Part shown: piece by piece, positions 26,067-37,644 of the stretch
Layout: every line of letters starts with the position of its first letter
Position numbering within the stretch: the first letter of the stretch is position 1
Assembly: GCA_964106915.2 (NCBI GenBank)
Contig: OZ066921.1
Length of the DNA stretch: 64,000 bases
Reading direction: 5' to 3' (one strand)
Origin: Podarcis gaigeae
Taxonomy: Eukaryota
Position numbers and translations under genes: made by a program
Notes under the pieces: generated by a model
Told to the model about the DNA's origin: nothing
Databases searched by the model: none
The model's input: the letters and a program-made list of their open reading frames with translations, nothing else

Positions 26067-27860
26067 ATTTTTTTAAAATGTAATTAAAATATTAAATAAA
26101 AAAATACTGTAATACCTAAACAAATAATCAGAGGGGGGGTAGCCAGGTTTTGGCCACAGGTGAAGCTTCCAGAAGGGTGCCATTGAGGCTCCCAGCCTGT
26201 GTGTGTACACAAATACATACATGGGGGGTGTGTGTACAAAACTGGGTCTTTGACCCAGGTGAAATAATCATTTGCCCCTGAAAATAATCAACAGGTTACT
26301 CCTGAGGCTAAGGGTCCAAATAGTCTCTTTAAAGAAATATGATGTCCACACTCCCTGTCCGTTTAACCACAGGAGTTGCACAACCCTCCTTTTCTCAAGT
26401 AGCAGAAGTGCTGACTATCTGAAACTAACCACAAAGAGAGAAAGGAAGAGAGAGACACACACATACCTATGTGCTCACGCACACAAAAAGCAAACATGAT
26501 CTGTGATCAATATCTTTACAAGTCTGAAGGAATCCTAGCTCCCAAAGGGTTAATCCAGAGAAGCAAAGCCATCAGACTGTTTAGTGAGCTAATGCTTTTA
26601 TTGATGGGAAATGCCTTTCTGGCTCCAGGAGAGAAAGCTCCATACAGGTTGCAAGGATACAGCCTGGGAAAGGGGGAAATCACAGAGGCCTGGCACCAAA
26701 GGATCTACGTGCAAGGCTTTTTCACCACCACTTTCAAGAGCAGGCACTCAAAGTAACCAAGCCACCCAAGAGCTACTCCAGTCATGAGATCATCCACATT
26801 AAACAGCTTCAGGGTAAGGCACCCTAGTTATTGCCTCAAATGCCAAGCAAATCTTAGCCTGAAAATCCCATATAAAGAAGGTCCTGCTCAGATGGCTTAA
26901 TCTCCTGTTCATGTTTTTTTACAAAATGTACAGAGCATTCCTTTTTAAAACTATCCAGTGCCTGCTGGTTGTGATATGTGGCCTTAAAAATGTTACCAGT
27001 TTGCTTCAAATGATCGGCATCTATCTAGTAGACTATCTGTGGTCACTGCCAGGGTCAGGGATCAAGGTGTAGTAGTCTGCTAATAAAGTGTAAGCTAATG
27101 TTGTTGTCAAATTGCTGGAGTAAACAGACAGTGCCCACTTCCCACTGATGAACTTCCTCTGGGGTTGGGGATATTGGCTTTATTGGAAAACTGCCAGTTG
27201 CAGAAGTGATGGAAGTGGCTGGTAGCAGAAAAAGACATCTTGATTTTGTAAAAAGATGAGTTCTGTAGTTGATAACCATCTGAAAAGCAGTTCATTGACT
27301 GACTGTACAATGACATTTATTAACGATCTCAGGGCATGACCAGGTGTGGGTTTGGTCAGTGCCTGGAAGACAGCCTGTCTAAGAACCCCTTATTCGACAC
27401 TTTTAGTTCCCTTCTATTAGGGAGCTGGGATATAAATCCAACAAATAAACATAAATGAATAAATGATTGGTTACTCCTCATATAAAGAATCTCAAGATCT
27501 GCATCACCACTATTACCACTTGGCTGAATAGCTAGCTATTTTATTACTTTACTGCATTTTTATTCTATCTTTCTTCCAAGGTGCTTCCCTCTGTCCAAGG
27601 TATCCTGAACCCAATAAATAGTCATATTGTTGACAAAATCCTCACAGTTACTTCCAACTCTACAATTCTATAAAAAACTGAGGTGTATGGCCATATGCAT
27701 TGATGGTTTTACCTGTTGCTGTCCAGAGAGCTTTTGAACTTATGTATGGTCTGACAGCATGCATTCTATTGGGTGGAGGGTGGATTATTTAAGACAATCT
27801 GCTACCCACTGGTAGCTACGGAACTACTGATGAATTCCCCAATCTTATTAATGTCAGAAG

Positions 27861-27895
27861 GATCCTGTCGGTAAAGGTAAAGGTAAGATCCTGTC
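27861..27895 (-). mobile_element. Tail-only retroposon insertion, (ACCTTT)n of Sauria SINE type, with 9-bp TSD
   Basis: GATCCTGTC + GGTAAAGGTAAAGGTAA + GATCCTGTC. Confidence 0.65.
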
Positions 27896-28049
27896 TACAA
27901 TCCATAAGGCAGGGCATTTACAAAGCTTTTAAGGGCAGAACTTCTGAAGGGCACCTAGAAGACATGGCTTGGCTGGATATCACTTTAATTAATGTTCCAA
28001 AGTTGGGGAGCTTTCCGGATGAGATCTCTCCACAGAGCACATACTTAAA

Positions 28050-28342
28050 TTATGGAATTTACTTCCAGAAGAAGTAATGATGGCCAGTAACCTGGATGAC
28101 TTTAATAGTGGGTTAGACAAATTCACTGAGGATAAGGCTATCAACAGTTACTAGCCATGATAACTATGTTCAACCTCCACTGTCAGAGGCAGTATGCATC
28201 TGCATGCCAGTTGCTGAAAACCAGAGGAGGGGAGAATGCTGCTGTGCCCAGGTCCTGCTTTTTTGCTTCCCACTGACACCTGGTTGGCCACCGTGAGAAC
28301 AGAATGCTGCACTAGACGAATCGTTGGCATGATCCAGGAGGC
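28050..28342 (+). mobile_element. CR1 LINE 3' end
   Basis: TATGGAATTTACTTCCAGAAGAAGTA..GGGTTAGACAAATTCA (WN.LPEEV..GLDKF), then a 3'UTR ending GGCTCTTCTTATG. Confidence 0.8.
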
Positions 28343-28569
28343 TCTTCTTATGTATATCTTTAACATCACAGAGTGACTAAGTGGATGAATAGTCCCTGCC
28401 TGTATTTAATCTTACCCCATGTTGTGGGATGAGGTTCAGCTGACACAATCTGATGACATGTACAAGGTGCAGTAATACACCCAGCCTCACGTCCTGTGAA
28501 TCCCTGCCCCAGACTGCTGAAGAAATCAAGCCAGCAGGGTATGGTCAGTTGGATCCAGAATGTGATTAA

Positions 28570-30062
28570 TGTGTGTTTGTGCAAGAGGGTGGTCCCCACT
28601 GCCTTTCAAAAAGCAGCAGTATGGACAGACTAAAGAAGCCCATTCTGGACCCATTGGTTTGTGATAGTTACTGCCCAGTCCCAAATACTCTGTTTTTGAT
28701 TAACGCAATTGAGAGGAGGGTGGTGGGGCAACTACAGACACCCTTGGATGATACTGATTGCATACATGCATTCCATTTCTAGTTCAGGCCTAGTTTTGGG
28801 ACTGAATCAGCCTTGGTTACCCTGATGGATTGCCTTCATTGAAAGAGAGTCAATGATAATATTACTTTGCTCTTCCTCTTCTCTCTGGCTTTTGTTACTA
28901 TTGACCGTGGTATCATTTTGGGCCGGCTATTAGGGAAACTGTTTTACAGTGGTTCTTTTTCTATCTCCAGGGTTGGCTCCATATTATATAATTGGAGAAG
29001 TGTTTGTCAGTCCTGACAGTTATGCTACGCGGTTTTGCAGGGCACGATTTTATCCCCAATGCTTTTTAACATTTATACAAAGCTGTTGGGAGCAGTAATG
29101 AAGGTATTTGGAGCATTGTGTCATTAGTGTGCTGATGACACGCATCTCTTCAACTCTATTTTTCCATATTGAAGCTAGTGTAACTGTGCAGAAACTGGAC
29201 TGGACAGGCCAATAAAAGGAGCTTGAATCTACAGAAACTCTGTGGGTAAGCAGTTCCTGGGCCCAGGAAATATGTCAGCTGCTTGTTCTGGATGGGGTTG
29301 CACTCTCTCTAAAGGGGCAGGTACATAGCAGGGGGATGCTCTTTGATCTACCTCTATCACTGGAGGCCCGAGTAGTTTCAGCAGCTACAAGCACCTTCTT
29401 TCTGCTTTGGTTGCTGTGACAGCTACATCTGTTCCTGGATAAGGATAGCTGACCAACGATATTCCAGGCATTGGTAACCTCCAGATTGAATTACTGCAAT
29501 GTGCTCTATGTGCGGCTTCTCTTAAGGTGGTCCTGAAGCTACAACTAGCGTAGTTATACAGAGATGCCCTACTGACAAAAAGGTACACTGGCTGTAGATA
29601 CGCTAGCAGGCTAAGTTTAAGGTCTTGCTATTGAGGTACAAAGCCCTAAACAATTTAGGACCAGATTACCTCTGAGGATTTGCTACCTTCTATAGCCCAG
29701 TCCAGTCACTTTTGATCCTCAGCGGAGACACTCCTAGAAGTACAGTATGCTCCTGAATGTCCTCTTATGTCCACTGAGACCAAAGCTTTTAGAGTGGAAG
29801 CACCTTCCTTTTGGCATGCACTCCCAGTGAATATCAAGCAGGCATTTAGGCTCCTGCTTAAAACTCTTCTTTTTACCCATTCCCTGAGGGGTATCTGCAT
29901 TAGTACATTTAGTTATGTTGATGTACTAATATGATCTATGATATATTCTATGTTAGTTTTGTTGATATAATTTTATTATTGTTGATTATTGTTGATTTTA
30001 TGTTATTCATTGCCATGCTTTTTTAAAAATGGAATTTTTATACAAATAAATAATTTAAATAA
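28570..30062 (+). mobile_element. Decayed L2 LINE (RT domain to 3' end)
   Basis: LKKP.LDP...SY.PV.N..FL...IER.V.GQLQ..LDDTD; GCTGATGACACGCA (ADDT) at ~29131; T-rich UTR and AAATAAATAA tail. Confidence 0.9.
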
Positions 30063-31698
30063 ACCACATGACAAATATGCCTGGTGTGGACAATAAGGGC
30101 CCATGCCAATATAAAATGGTGATCTCTGTGCCAGTGTCTGCCAGAGAACTAAAAACCCAAAGGGTCTCCATGGAACCCAACAGTGTTGTAAAGGCAGAAA
30201 AGAATCTCATCAACAGATGAACATCATATGACACAAATGATCTATTTGAAGAGGAACAGCTCCAGGAGCAGAATCAGATGCCTCCCTGTTCACCACCTAG
30301 AACAGGCTTCAGTTGGTATTTAGTTGCTTTTCAGAATTGTTCTAATACTCACTTAGTGCCAGCAGTTAACTGACAAAGATGTAGAAATGAAGCACCATCT
30401 TAAGTCTTGCTCGCATTTTTCTTCTTGTTATTTGCATATTCAAGGTCTAGATGCCTGGCTGTCAGAGATGGTGACAGTTGTGGGGGCTTGCTAGCTTTAT
30501 CAAGGGGGATTATTTCAACCCAAATTATTCTGCATTGTAAATGTTTAAATCTACATTAAACCCTGATTAATTCATGAAACAGCCTGATAGTGTATTTACT
30601 AGAAGGAAAAAAAATCAAATTATTATGGCCAATTCCCAACCAAAGTAGCCTTTAAAATGCTGTATTCTGAGCTTTGGCTAACAAAAATGTTTTTTAAATT
30701 ATGCTTCATTTTGGAAAAGCTCTCTTTAATTTCATAGGCAATCTGAATCCTTCAGCACTTTTGCACAACACAACAGGAATTAATAAAGTAGATAAATCCT
30801 AAATAAATCTGGATTTGGGTTAACTGTGTCTTGAGATTTAGAACACTGTAGGAAAATGAAAAGGGGCGGAGGCAGGTCTACCCCTAAAAGCTGCCTGTGC
30901 ATGAAGAAGGGATGTGCTGAGGAGGAGGGTGGGGGTTGGGGATCCAGTTGAGCTGGGTAATCAAAGAGCTTATCATGGTAGTTCTGAGGAGATGTTCAAA
31001 GATCTTGTCTGGCCACAGGCTTGGTAAAGTCACATCAAATGCAGTTCTCAAAGAACATTATAGGGGAGCTTGGTTTGTGAGATTTGTTGCAGCAAGCTAG
31101 TTGGACTACACTAACTCAGAGTCCTGTCACAGGCAAATCTGGCTTCTTTCAAACCATTTTGGAAATGAAGTTCTGGCTCCAAACAATAAGCAAAAACAGC
31201 TTTGCAAAAAGGCAACTCAGGTCTTTCTAGATCCCTGCAAGCAATCCACTCCTCAGAAAAAGAAAAAGAAAACATTTGGGGAACACCCTTGGATTTGCTA
31301 TATTGGATTCAGAGAAGATTGTTTAAGCAGAGTTCTGTGGTATGATGCTTTCCTGACTCCTCTTCCACCCCCACGCTCCAGCATCTCCTACACTCCCTCT
31401 GAATGCAATAGGGTGCAGGAGCTGCAGTAGGCTTGGGAAATTGGACAAAGACAGTAAGACTGTTTTTCTATTCATACAAGATAACTCTGGATCCAACCAT
31501 TTGATACTCTATGCCAGCCTATCACCTTTCCTTTTTACATGAAGAGGAAGAAAATGGAAGTGACTAAAGAGGTGAAGAGTATTCTCATTGTAGAGTGTAC
31601 CACACACAACCATCTGTCATGGAGAGTTAGGCATCTATCTTCACATATTCATTCATTAAGAGAAAAATATTATAAGAGCATATAAAACATTTCAAGAC

Positions 31699-31829
31699 TT
31701 TTTTCCAGAAAAGAACTCACCAGAACTCAGTTCTGGCACCTCTCTGGTGGGTGCCATTGCCATTCTAAGAGAATGAGGGAGATGTTCATGGTGAGTTCCA
31801 TCACCTATTTTTCTAGGAAAATGGCACTG
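31699..31829. mobile_element. hAT-type MITE, left tip eroded
   Basis: 8-bp direct repeat TTCAAGAC at 31691-31698 and 31830-31837. Right end reads ...AAAATGGCACTG. Confidence 0.7.
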
Positions 31830-33468
31830 TTCAAGACTGTTTATGACACTTGGAAAATTAACCCTGCAAATAACTAGATCTATTTGTCTGGATTTTAGAC
31901 TGCTGTAAATGTTTTTGAAACTTACTCATCCCTCTCAGCTTCCTCTTGAAGAAATGGAGCAGATGTGCACTGCTTGAGTGCTGAGTCTTACAAATGACCA
32001 ATAGAACTATTCTCCCTGAGACTGGAATGACCAGAATGACATAATGACCAGAGCAAGGACTAAGAAGTAAGAAGACAGGGCAAAAATGTACTCATAAATT
32101 TATGTTTTTTGGCACCAATGTCTAAAGTTTACACTGCAATCATATCATTCCCTCAACAGCAAGCCACACATAAGAAGAAATTTGCCACCAACATAAATCA
32201 AAATTCAGCTGTGTCTGGAACATTCAGTTTTCAACATACAAGACAAACTCTGACCTGTGTCCAAGTTCAAGAAATAATAACATTCCACAAGCCAGCTATT
32301 AAAACTATTTATCACATCAGGATAAAATGCACAGACAAGAAATTACAAGGTAACAATTTTTGATCATTGTTTTATGTGTCCCTATCCAAAAATGCATAAA
32401 TGGTTCTTCCTCACACAAAGAAAAAACCTTTACCTACAGTACATGTTACTTAGACCAATTAGTGCAAAGCTCTGTAACCAGCCAAAACACAGCAGCAATG
32501 TTTATTTTCCTAAAAATGCATGGCAACCCCCCAAATTTTGAGAAAGCTTATTTGTCAGTCTGTGCTATGGGGCATTCCTGGCCCCTCCAGCCTTGTGAGC
32601 AGCATGAAGGACTGAATTTAAGTGTAAGAGAAACCAGGTGCATAAACCTAAGAGAATGTCACTAACATCAAAATAAATGAGTTTGTTCATTTTCAGTTTT
32701 AAGTGTGTGGTTTGCTTCTTTTTACTAACACCCCTATTGTAGTACTATTATTGTTATAATTTTAAAAGAGTAACTTGATATCTGATGAGGCTGGGAGAGA
32801 AACAGGTTTTCCAAATACGAATGAGGAAAATGTGTTTGGTATCTCAGACTCAATACAGGGATTTGATGATGCAGCATCTCATTTTCCTTGCCCATTTTAT
32901 TAGGCACAGCAGCAACACTGACTGTGTAGTACTTGCATTCACAAGAGCTCTGCCTATCCAGTAGAGCTCCCATATAGCTTAGGACAGACGAAGGAATGTT
33001 CAGGGCAGTGGCAGAAGGCTATTCATAGTGGCACAGAGGATGGCCATAAACTTTCCCAAGCTAACTCCTAGCTCTCCCCATGGAATAGACTTCTCCATTC
33101 ACCCAGTGACTTAGACAATCTTTCTTCCAGAATGGCCTGTTGAATGTTAATCTTTTCTGTCCATGTTTTCCATGTGATTAAACCATTTCCTAAACAAAAC
33201 ATTACTATTTATTTTTTGTATCCTCTGTTCACCAATAAATATAGTTCAAAACCCAGTAGAATTTGGGAAATCATATTTTGTCTGTTTATGACAGATAGGA
33301 CTGCAATGTTGATATCTAAATGCCATCCCAGAGTTTCTCATTGCTGCCAAGTTGGTGTGTGTTAGCCAAGAGCAATCACTGTCAGGGAAATCTTATATAC
33401 ACCCATTACCACAAGGGGAGAGGGGGATTACACCACAGCCTGTGGAATGGCTACCATATCCTATACAT

Positions 33469-33686
33469 CAGGGGTGGCCAACTTCCAAGAGACTGTGATC
33501 TACTCACAGAGTTAAAAGCTGGCAGTGATCTACCCCCTTTATGGGGGTTTGGGTCAAAGTTGTTGAGTTTTTTCAGGGAGGAGGTAAAATGTTGAGCTTT
33601 TTTTAGGGGAGCCACAGTTCTTCAGCTTCTTTGGGGGGAGCCAGTGATCTACCGGTATATCACGATCTACCTGCTGGACATGCCTG
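33469..33686. mobile_element. hAT (Charlie-like) MITE
   Basis: Ends CAGGGGTGGCCAAC / CTGGACATGCCTG, internal GATCTAC repeats, and a perfect 8-bp TSD CTATACAT (33461-33468 and 33687-33694). Confidence 0.88.
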
Positions 33687-34257
33687 CTATACATGCTTAG
33701 GCCAGAGGAAAGGGGGAGAAGGCACACCACTCAGAAAATTTTCAAACTGAGTACAAATGGTGAACATTAACAAAACACACCAATTGGGGATTATGCTGGC
33801 AACAATGTCTAGGAATTCAATTCAATTCAATGTCTAGGAATTTAAAATGACTCCTGCTGGTATGCCCAGCAGAAAACCAAGCTATATCAGGGCAAAGGAG
33901 TTTCCAGAGCTCAAACCCACACCAAAAAGACCACAGCAGTTCCTTAGCCCCTCAGTCACAGCATGGACATTGGCCCAAGCAAGCGCAGATTAATAGTTTC
34001 CACAGCAAGGTGACAAGGCAAAAGCCAGCACCTTGAAAGAAAATCAAGGTGTGGGTTCAGAACCACAGGCCATGTTTCCACAGCTAAGTTGTTGCAGCAA
34101 GGCCCTGCAACAACTGGCTAAGTTTTATAGCAGAGCTAGGTGTTCATTTTCTGGAGTCCCTAGCATTGAATACAGGCTACAAACTGATGCTAGGCAAGAT
34201 GGGGCCCCCTCTACACCAAGGAGAAGGATGGGAACCAACCAGTCATTTTGGACACAC

Positions 34258-34805
34258 GAGAATGTAACAATAGCCTTGCTGGATCAGGCCAGTGGCTCAT
34301 CTAGCCCAGCATCCTATTCTCACAGTGGCCAAACAATAGCACTCTCCCCTCCTGCAGTTTTTAGCAACTGGAATTTGGGATCATACAGCCTCTGACTATG
34401 GAGGCAGAGCGCAGCTATCATGGCTAGTAGTCATTGATCATCTTATCCTCCATGAATTTGTCTAATCCAGTCTTAAAGACATTCAGGTTGATGGCCATCA
34501 CTACCTCTTGTGGAAGCTCATTCCATAATTTAACTATGTGCTATATGTCCTGGATCCTCCAACATTCAGCTTCAATAATTGCCCATGAATTTTAGTGTTA
34601 TGGGTGAGGGAGAAATATTTTTCTCTATCACTTACTATATCCTGCATAATTTTATAAATTTCTATCATGTCACCCCTTATTCACCTTTTCTCCAAACAAA
34701 AAAGTCCCAAATCTGTAACCTTGCCTCATAGGGAAGTTGCCCCATCCCCTTGATCATTTTGGCTGCCTTTTTCTGGATCTTTTCCTACTCTACAATACCC
34801 TTTTT
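34258..34805 (-). mobile_element. CR1 LINE 3' fragment
   Basis: Reverse complement of the CR1 3' end seen at 28050-28342 (GGATCAGGCCAGTGGCTCATCTAGCCCAGCATCCT; TTATCCTCCATGAATTTGTCTAATCC). Confidence 0.8.
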
Positions 34806-35446
34806 TACCATCCCTTGCTCTGGCAACTCATGTGTCCTCCCCCCACCCCTGCTATTTTGCAAGATGGGCCAGCTCTGTCCCCCATCCCCAGTGTGCAGCC
34901 TATGCTTACAGCTCAGCTTCTGCCTCTCCTCTCCATGGAGAGAGGGGGGAGAGACTGCAGTGACTGAGTATACTCATCCCTTCCCCCTAAACCCTTTGTG
35001 TGTGCATCCACTTGTTGACTACAGGCATCCAAAAGGTGCTTCTGTAAGGCAAAGGTGTTCCTGAGTTTACCCAATCATGGCAATGTTTAAGCAAAAAGCT
35101 TGGCCTTTCCAGGAGTCAGAAACTTCAGAAACAGGTGCAGCAGCCTTACTCTGAAGCAAGTGTTTCCCCTTTCTTGCTTACCAGTAAGAGGTGCTCTATC
35201 CAGGCACCAGGCCCATACAGGGGAGTGAGCAGCCAAGTACACTTGCCCTGTGCCTCAATGAGCTAAACTGGCTGGGGGGGCCCCACCAGAAACTGGCTGC
35301 TTTTTTGTTTGAGTTTATAACTTTATTCCAACAAGAGTCCTGCCCTGGGCCTCAGACAAGCTCTGTATGTGCCTGCTTGGCGCTCCAGTTGTTGGAGATT
35401 GAGGGTTGTTATTGTATGTTTGTGTCCGGAGTCCCAAGATGATGTA

Positions 35447-36004
35447 CTATATTTTTCGCCCTATAGGACGCATCGGCCCATAGGACGCACCTATTTTTTG
35501 GGGGGGGAAAGATAAAAAATTATCCCCCCCCCCCCAGCCGCGGGGGAAGCCCGAGCTTTTAAAAACGCACCTACCGTAGTTTTTAGAGGAGAAAAGGATA
35601 TCTGCCCGAAGCGCGGGGTGCTCTGCTTCAGTGCACCGCATGCTCCAGGCAGCAGGCTGCTATCCGCAGCCTAGAGAGCCCTGGGAAACTCCCACAGGGC
35701 TCCCAGGCTGCAGATATCTTCCCGAAGCGCGGGGCGCTCTGCTTCAGTGCGCCCTGTGCTCCGGGCGGCAGGCTGCGGATATCTTCCCGAAGTGCGGGGC
35801 GCTCTGCTTCAGAGCACCCAGCACTCTGGGCAGCAGGCTGCGGATATCTTCCCAAAGCATGGGGCGCTCTGCTTCAGAGCGCCCAGCGCTCCGGGCGGCA
35901 GGCTGCTATCCGCAGCCTAGGGAGCCCTGCGGGAACTCCCGCGGGCTCCCCAGGCTACCTGATAGCTTCATGAAGCCTGGAGAGCGAGAGGGGTCGGTGC
36001 GCAC
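35447..36004. mobile_element. Left half of a non-autonomous Tc1/pogo(Tc2)-like DNA transposon with an internal GC-rich hairpin array; right half missing
   Basis: TA + CTATATTTTTCGCCCTATAGGACGCATCGGCCCATAGGACGCACC aligns with the reverse complement of the right end of the element at 55026-55284. No matching right TIR was found. Confidence 0.8.
35596..35965. repeat. Modular tandem hairpin array A-B-A-A-A-B
   Basis: The 65-bp unit A (GATATCTTCCCGAAGCGCGGGGCGCTCTGCTTCAGAGCGCCC..GCTCCGGGCGGCAGGCTGC) starts at ~35597, 35713, 35778 and 35843. The ~55-bp unit B (TATCCGCAGCCTAG.GAGCCCTG..GGGCTCCC.AGGCT) starts at 35661 and 35907. Both units are self-complementary. Confidence 0.92.
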
Positions 36005-36376
36005 CAGATCTTGGAAGTCGCAGTGCTGAGCGAGCTTCCGCAGTTCAGCTAGAAATGCAGATACAGACTCCCCAGCACGCTGCTGCCTCTTATGAAACTC
36101 CATCCGCCGGGCCATCTTGGTCTCAGTAGGCGCCAAATGGCTTGTTAGGCAGGCAAGAATATCTTTGAGAGATGTCTCACTTAGCTTCGCTGGAGCAAGC
36201 AATGCCTTGGCCAGCGTGAAGATCTCAGGCCCACAGTAGCTCAGGAATGTGGCCCTTCTTTTGCTGGCATCAGTGATCCCTTGAGCCTCTGCGAAGAACT
36301 CGAAGCGTTCGACGTAGTCTTCCCACATGTTGGGCTCTGATGGCTGGAAGGGCTCCAATACCCTTGGACTCTCCAT
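35906..36376 (-). CDS. Gypsy/Ty3 gag N-terminal (capsid) ORF of ~124 aa, read through into ~32 aa of MITE-derived sequence (156 aa in total)
   Basis: LEPF.P....WEDYVERFEFF..AQGI.D..KRRATFLSYCG...F and the MHR-like RQQRAGESVSAFLAELRKLAQHCDF are typical of Gypsy gag. The ATG is in good Kozak context (ACAATGG) and the frame has no stops. Expression is unknown. Confidence 0.8.
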   Translation of the reverse strand: MESPRVLEPFQPSEPNMWEDYVERFEFFAEAQGITDASKRRATFLSYCGPEIFTLAKALLAPAKLSETSLKDILACLTSHLAPTETKMARRMEFHKRQQRAGESVSAFLAELRKLAQHCDFQDLVRTDPSRSPGFMKLSGSLGSPREFPQGSLGCG

Positions 36377-36481
36377 TGTCCTGTGGGCAGGGTCGTCTTC
36401 TCAGCTGGCCAGTGAGTCTTGTTCTTAGCTACAATCCGGACTCTGAGGCAGGGCTGCGTTAACCGCTCCTCAGCATTCCGG

Positions 36482-36499
36482 ATCCCATCCTCGTCGCCA
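36482..36499 (-). other. Primer-binding site complementary to the tRNA-Ser(GCU) 3' end
   Basis: Minus strand reads TGGCGACGAGGATGGGAT. The plus strand ATCCCATCCTCGTCGCCA matches the last 18 nt of vertebrate tRNA-Ser(GCU) including CCA. It lies 2 nt from the LTR end. Confidence 0.9.
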
Positions 36500-36501
36500 G
36501 T

Positions 36502-36850
36502 TGTTGTGACGTGGGGTTTGTGATTTCAGCTCTCTTGACATAATATGCTGGAGACAGTTCTCTAGTAACACTTCTTTATTAAAGCAAACAAGACTGGGGC
36601 CTGAGGAGGGGAGAGCTACATTTATAGGGAGAGGGAACTAACTAGAAAGGATACATTTTGGAGGGAACAATCTCAGGCAATCACAGTCCTGTCTTTTGGA
36701 GGAAACCAATAAGACAGAGGATCCAAATACAGCAGCTTAAATGAACCAATAGTAGCTGTACCCTCTGGAACCAAAAGGCAGTTACTTTACCCTAATGCAA
36801 TACAGACAATAATAATACAGATATAAAATCCTTTGACTCAATACACAACA
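36502..36850 (-). mobile_element. Gypsy 5' LTR (349 bp)
   Basis: Bounded by the inverted repeat TGTTGTG...CACAACA (TG...CA). Minus-strand TATAAA (~36621-36626) is followed by AATAAA (~36575-36580), with two CCAAT boxes (~36706, ~36746). It abuts the PBS. Confidence 0.9.
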
Positions 36851-37644
36851 GTATCTGCTACAGTTCTAGGAAGAGAAAAGTTAGCAATGTGCTCAGGTTC
36901 CTATGAGTGTTATGAAGACAGGTTGCATTGTGCTAAGTGTTTCACTGTATGCAAAGGGCCATTTCTCCCAGATTTCCATTATCAAAGTTCCCCATTGAGA
37001 GAACTAAGTGTGCATTATGGGTGAGCAATATCTGGTTTTCAGCATCATGATGTATCAGCAGCTAAACATTGCAATATTCCACCATATCACAACGTCTGAA
37101 ATTAGAGATCAGGCATGAGGATGAGGGAAGGAGCATTCACGGAGATCGTGCAGATGGGGTGTGTGCAGATCAGGCGTGGGGATGTGGGAAGGAGCAGTCA
37201 TGGAGATCAAGTGAGTGTCCACTGTGGCTACTGCTGCTTTCCTGCTGACTGAGAAAAGCTGCTCTGCCTCAGTGCCAGGGGAAGGTAGTGCCACAGTGCC
37301 TTCAAGTGAGGAAAGGCAACTCAGATCAGCAGTGATGGCCGTGCCTCTCCATCAGCGTGAGGGAAGGCAGCTCAGATAAGCATGGTTATTGGCTGAGATC
37401 ACTGTGCAATATCGGTGGTGCCATGAAATTGGCTGCCCTGCCCTCCCTCATGTGAATAGCAAGTAGTGATATATTGCTGCATATTGCCAGGTCAAAATCA
37501 TTATCGCAGTGTGATTTCAAAACTGATTTTGGCTAATATATTGAAAAATCGCATAGTGCTAGAGTGCATGATAGGAGGCCCGAGTTTTGACCTCAATCCT
37601 ATGCAACTATTGTCTAAACTGTGGTCTCTCACTGTGGAGTTAGT

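Noticed and set aside
35596-35965. CRISPR-like array of palindromic repeats
   Set aside because: The units are directly abutting 55-65-bp modules with no unique spacers and no cas genes. They lie inside a TIR-bounded element in vertebrate DNA.
36482-36499. tRNA-Ser gene fragment
   Set aside because: Only the 3' 18 nt including CCA is present, placed 2 nt from an LTR end. It is a retrotransposon PBS.
37015-37562. Possible old hAT-like element (GGGTGAGCAATAT ... ATCGCATAGTGCTA)
   Set aside because: The TIRs and TSD are too degraded to support confident boundaries.
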